Below are positions 62,800 through 64,000 of a DNA stretch of 64,000 nucleotides, piece after piece. Position 1 is the first letter of the stretch; the number at the start of each line of letters is the position of its first letter. This DNA comes from the human T2T-CHM13v2.0 reference genome, Homo sapiens, in the NCBI RefSeq assembly GCF_009914755.1, contig NC_060927.1; one strand, 5' to 3'. Under the pieces are notes generated by a model. It made no database searches. It saw only the letters and a list, made by a program, of their open reading frames with translations, and was not told the origin of the DNA. Position numbers and translations under genes: made by a program.

Positions 62800-64000
62800 A
62801 CTGCAGTGGATGTCTTTGTGTGCACCTCTCTTTCCTTTTGGTGAGAAACAGCAAAGATCGGACCCCTAAGGACTCTCCTGATGTCTCCGCTCTATCCGCT
62901 GAGTGCCCTTTCTGACCACTTGTTTGTACAGGCCACGGTCCAGGACGGGAGCAGATAGACTGTCCCTGTCCCTGTCCACATTTCCTTGGTCCAAACAGGG
63001 CTTGTGGGAGGTAGTGGCAAAAGGTGTTGGTCTTTTTCTCACTGATTTGGAGGCCTCCCCGTGTGTTTTTTCAGCCGCGTGTTCCTGGGTCTTGCCTGGA
63101 TGGACAGGGTTTTTTAGCGCGTGGGAGCAGCTTTGCTGACCCATGCCTGTTGCTTCCAGCCTGATTCCCGAGAAGGGAGCGTGCTTGCGAAGGAACTGGC
63201 ACTCGGGCCTGCCTGAAGGGGGCGCTGTCCAGACAACACCCAGCCTCCCGTCGTGGCAGGCGCTGTCGGAGCCATGGATGATTGTGACCAATAGGGGTGG
63301 TCGCCAGAGTTGATTGTCCAGCCAGGCCCAGGGGCTGAGAGGAGGCTGTGTGGAGAGGTGGTTAGGAGCCAGGGCTCGGTCAGCTGAGTTCGCATGCCAG
63401 CTTCCTAGCTGTGGGACCTCAAGCAACTTGTAGCCCCTCTGAAGCTGTTTTCTCAACTGTGAAGTGGACGCACCCTACTTCATTGATTCTAAGAGGCACG
63501 CATTTCCACCTTGTGACTTCTCTGAAACTGAGGTGCGTCTTTCAGTCAGTGGCGTCTCATAGTCGCTGTCAGCCAGCTGGTATTCGAGATGGAGTCGTGG
63601 AAAACCCGTGGACACCTTCCGCTAGGACCAAGATGGCGCCACCTGCCGCATCTTAGATTTGATGAAATGTGGTAAATAACGAGAGGCATGCATGAGCGAA
63701 TGCTGGGGAGGCGCTTGGCACTACCCAGAGCTCCACAGAGGTGGTCGATGAGGGCTGCCCTTTCCCACATCCTTAGTAGGGGGTTCAAGATGACCCAGAC
63801 TGTGCCCCTGGGGAGCTTGGAGCCATGCGGGAGGATGAGCCATGTGCTGGAGGAGAACAGGGTAGGATGGTGTGGGGCTTTTGTAGACTGTCTAGAGCAG
63901 AGAAGGTCTGCAGTGGAGGTGGTGTCTGAGGTGAATCTCGAAGGTGAATAGGAGTTGAACGTTAGCAGGCAGAGGGTGGATTGCAGGAGAGCAGCGGCCT

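Overview
Human genomic DNA. From the encoded proteins and gene order I recognise it as the 3p21.1 PHF7-SEMA3G-TNNC1-NISCH locus. It contains the last 7 coding exons of PHF7 (+), the complete SEMA3G gene (-, 16 coding exons, 782 aa), the complete TNNC1 gene (-, 6 exons, 161 aa) and exons 1-13 of NISCH (+), including two short intron-13 terminated isoforms. All exons were assembled by hand from GT-AG boundaries and the reading phases are consistent. The rest is intron or intergenic DNA with dense Alu, L1, L2, MIR and MER20 repeats. I found no RNA genes, no CRISPR array and no convincing new protein-coding gene, so I cannot claim a new biological system. The best leads are cis-regulatory or splicing features. 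(1) A 19-bp minisatellite just inside SEMA3G intron 1 that arrays RCGTG cores and UG-rich RNA and keeps the signal-peptide frame open. (2) A 25-bp triplication that appears to contain the NISCH exon 12 branch point. (3) A FOX:ETS/SOX/RBPJ motif cluster downstream of SEMA3G. (4) An intronic polyA site in NISCH followed by convergent CTCF-like motifs. (5) An in-frame LRR-like remnant in NISCH intron 9. Repeat boundaries are approximate and subfamily calls were made by eye.
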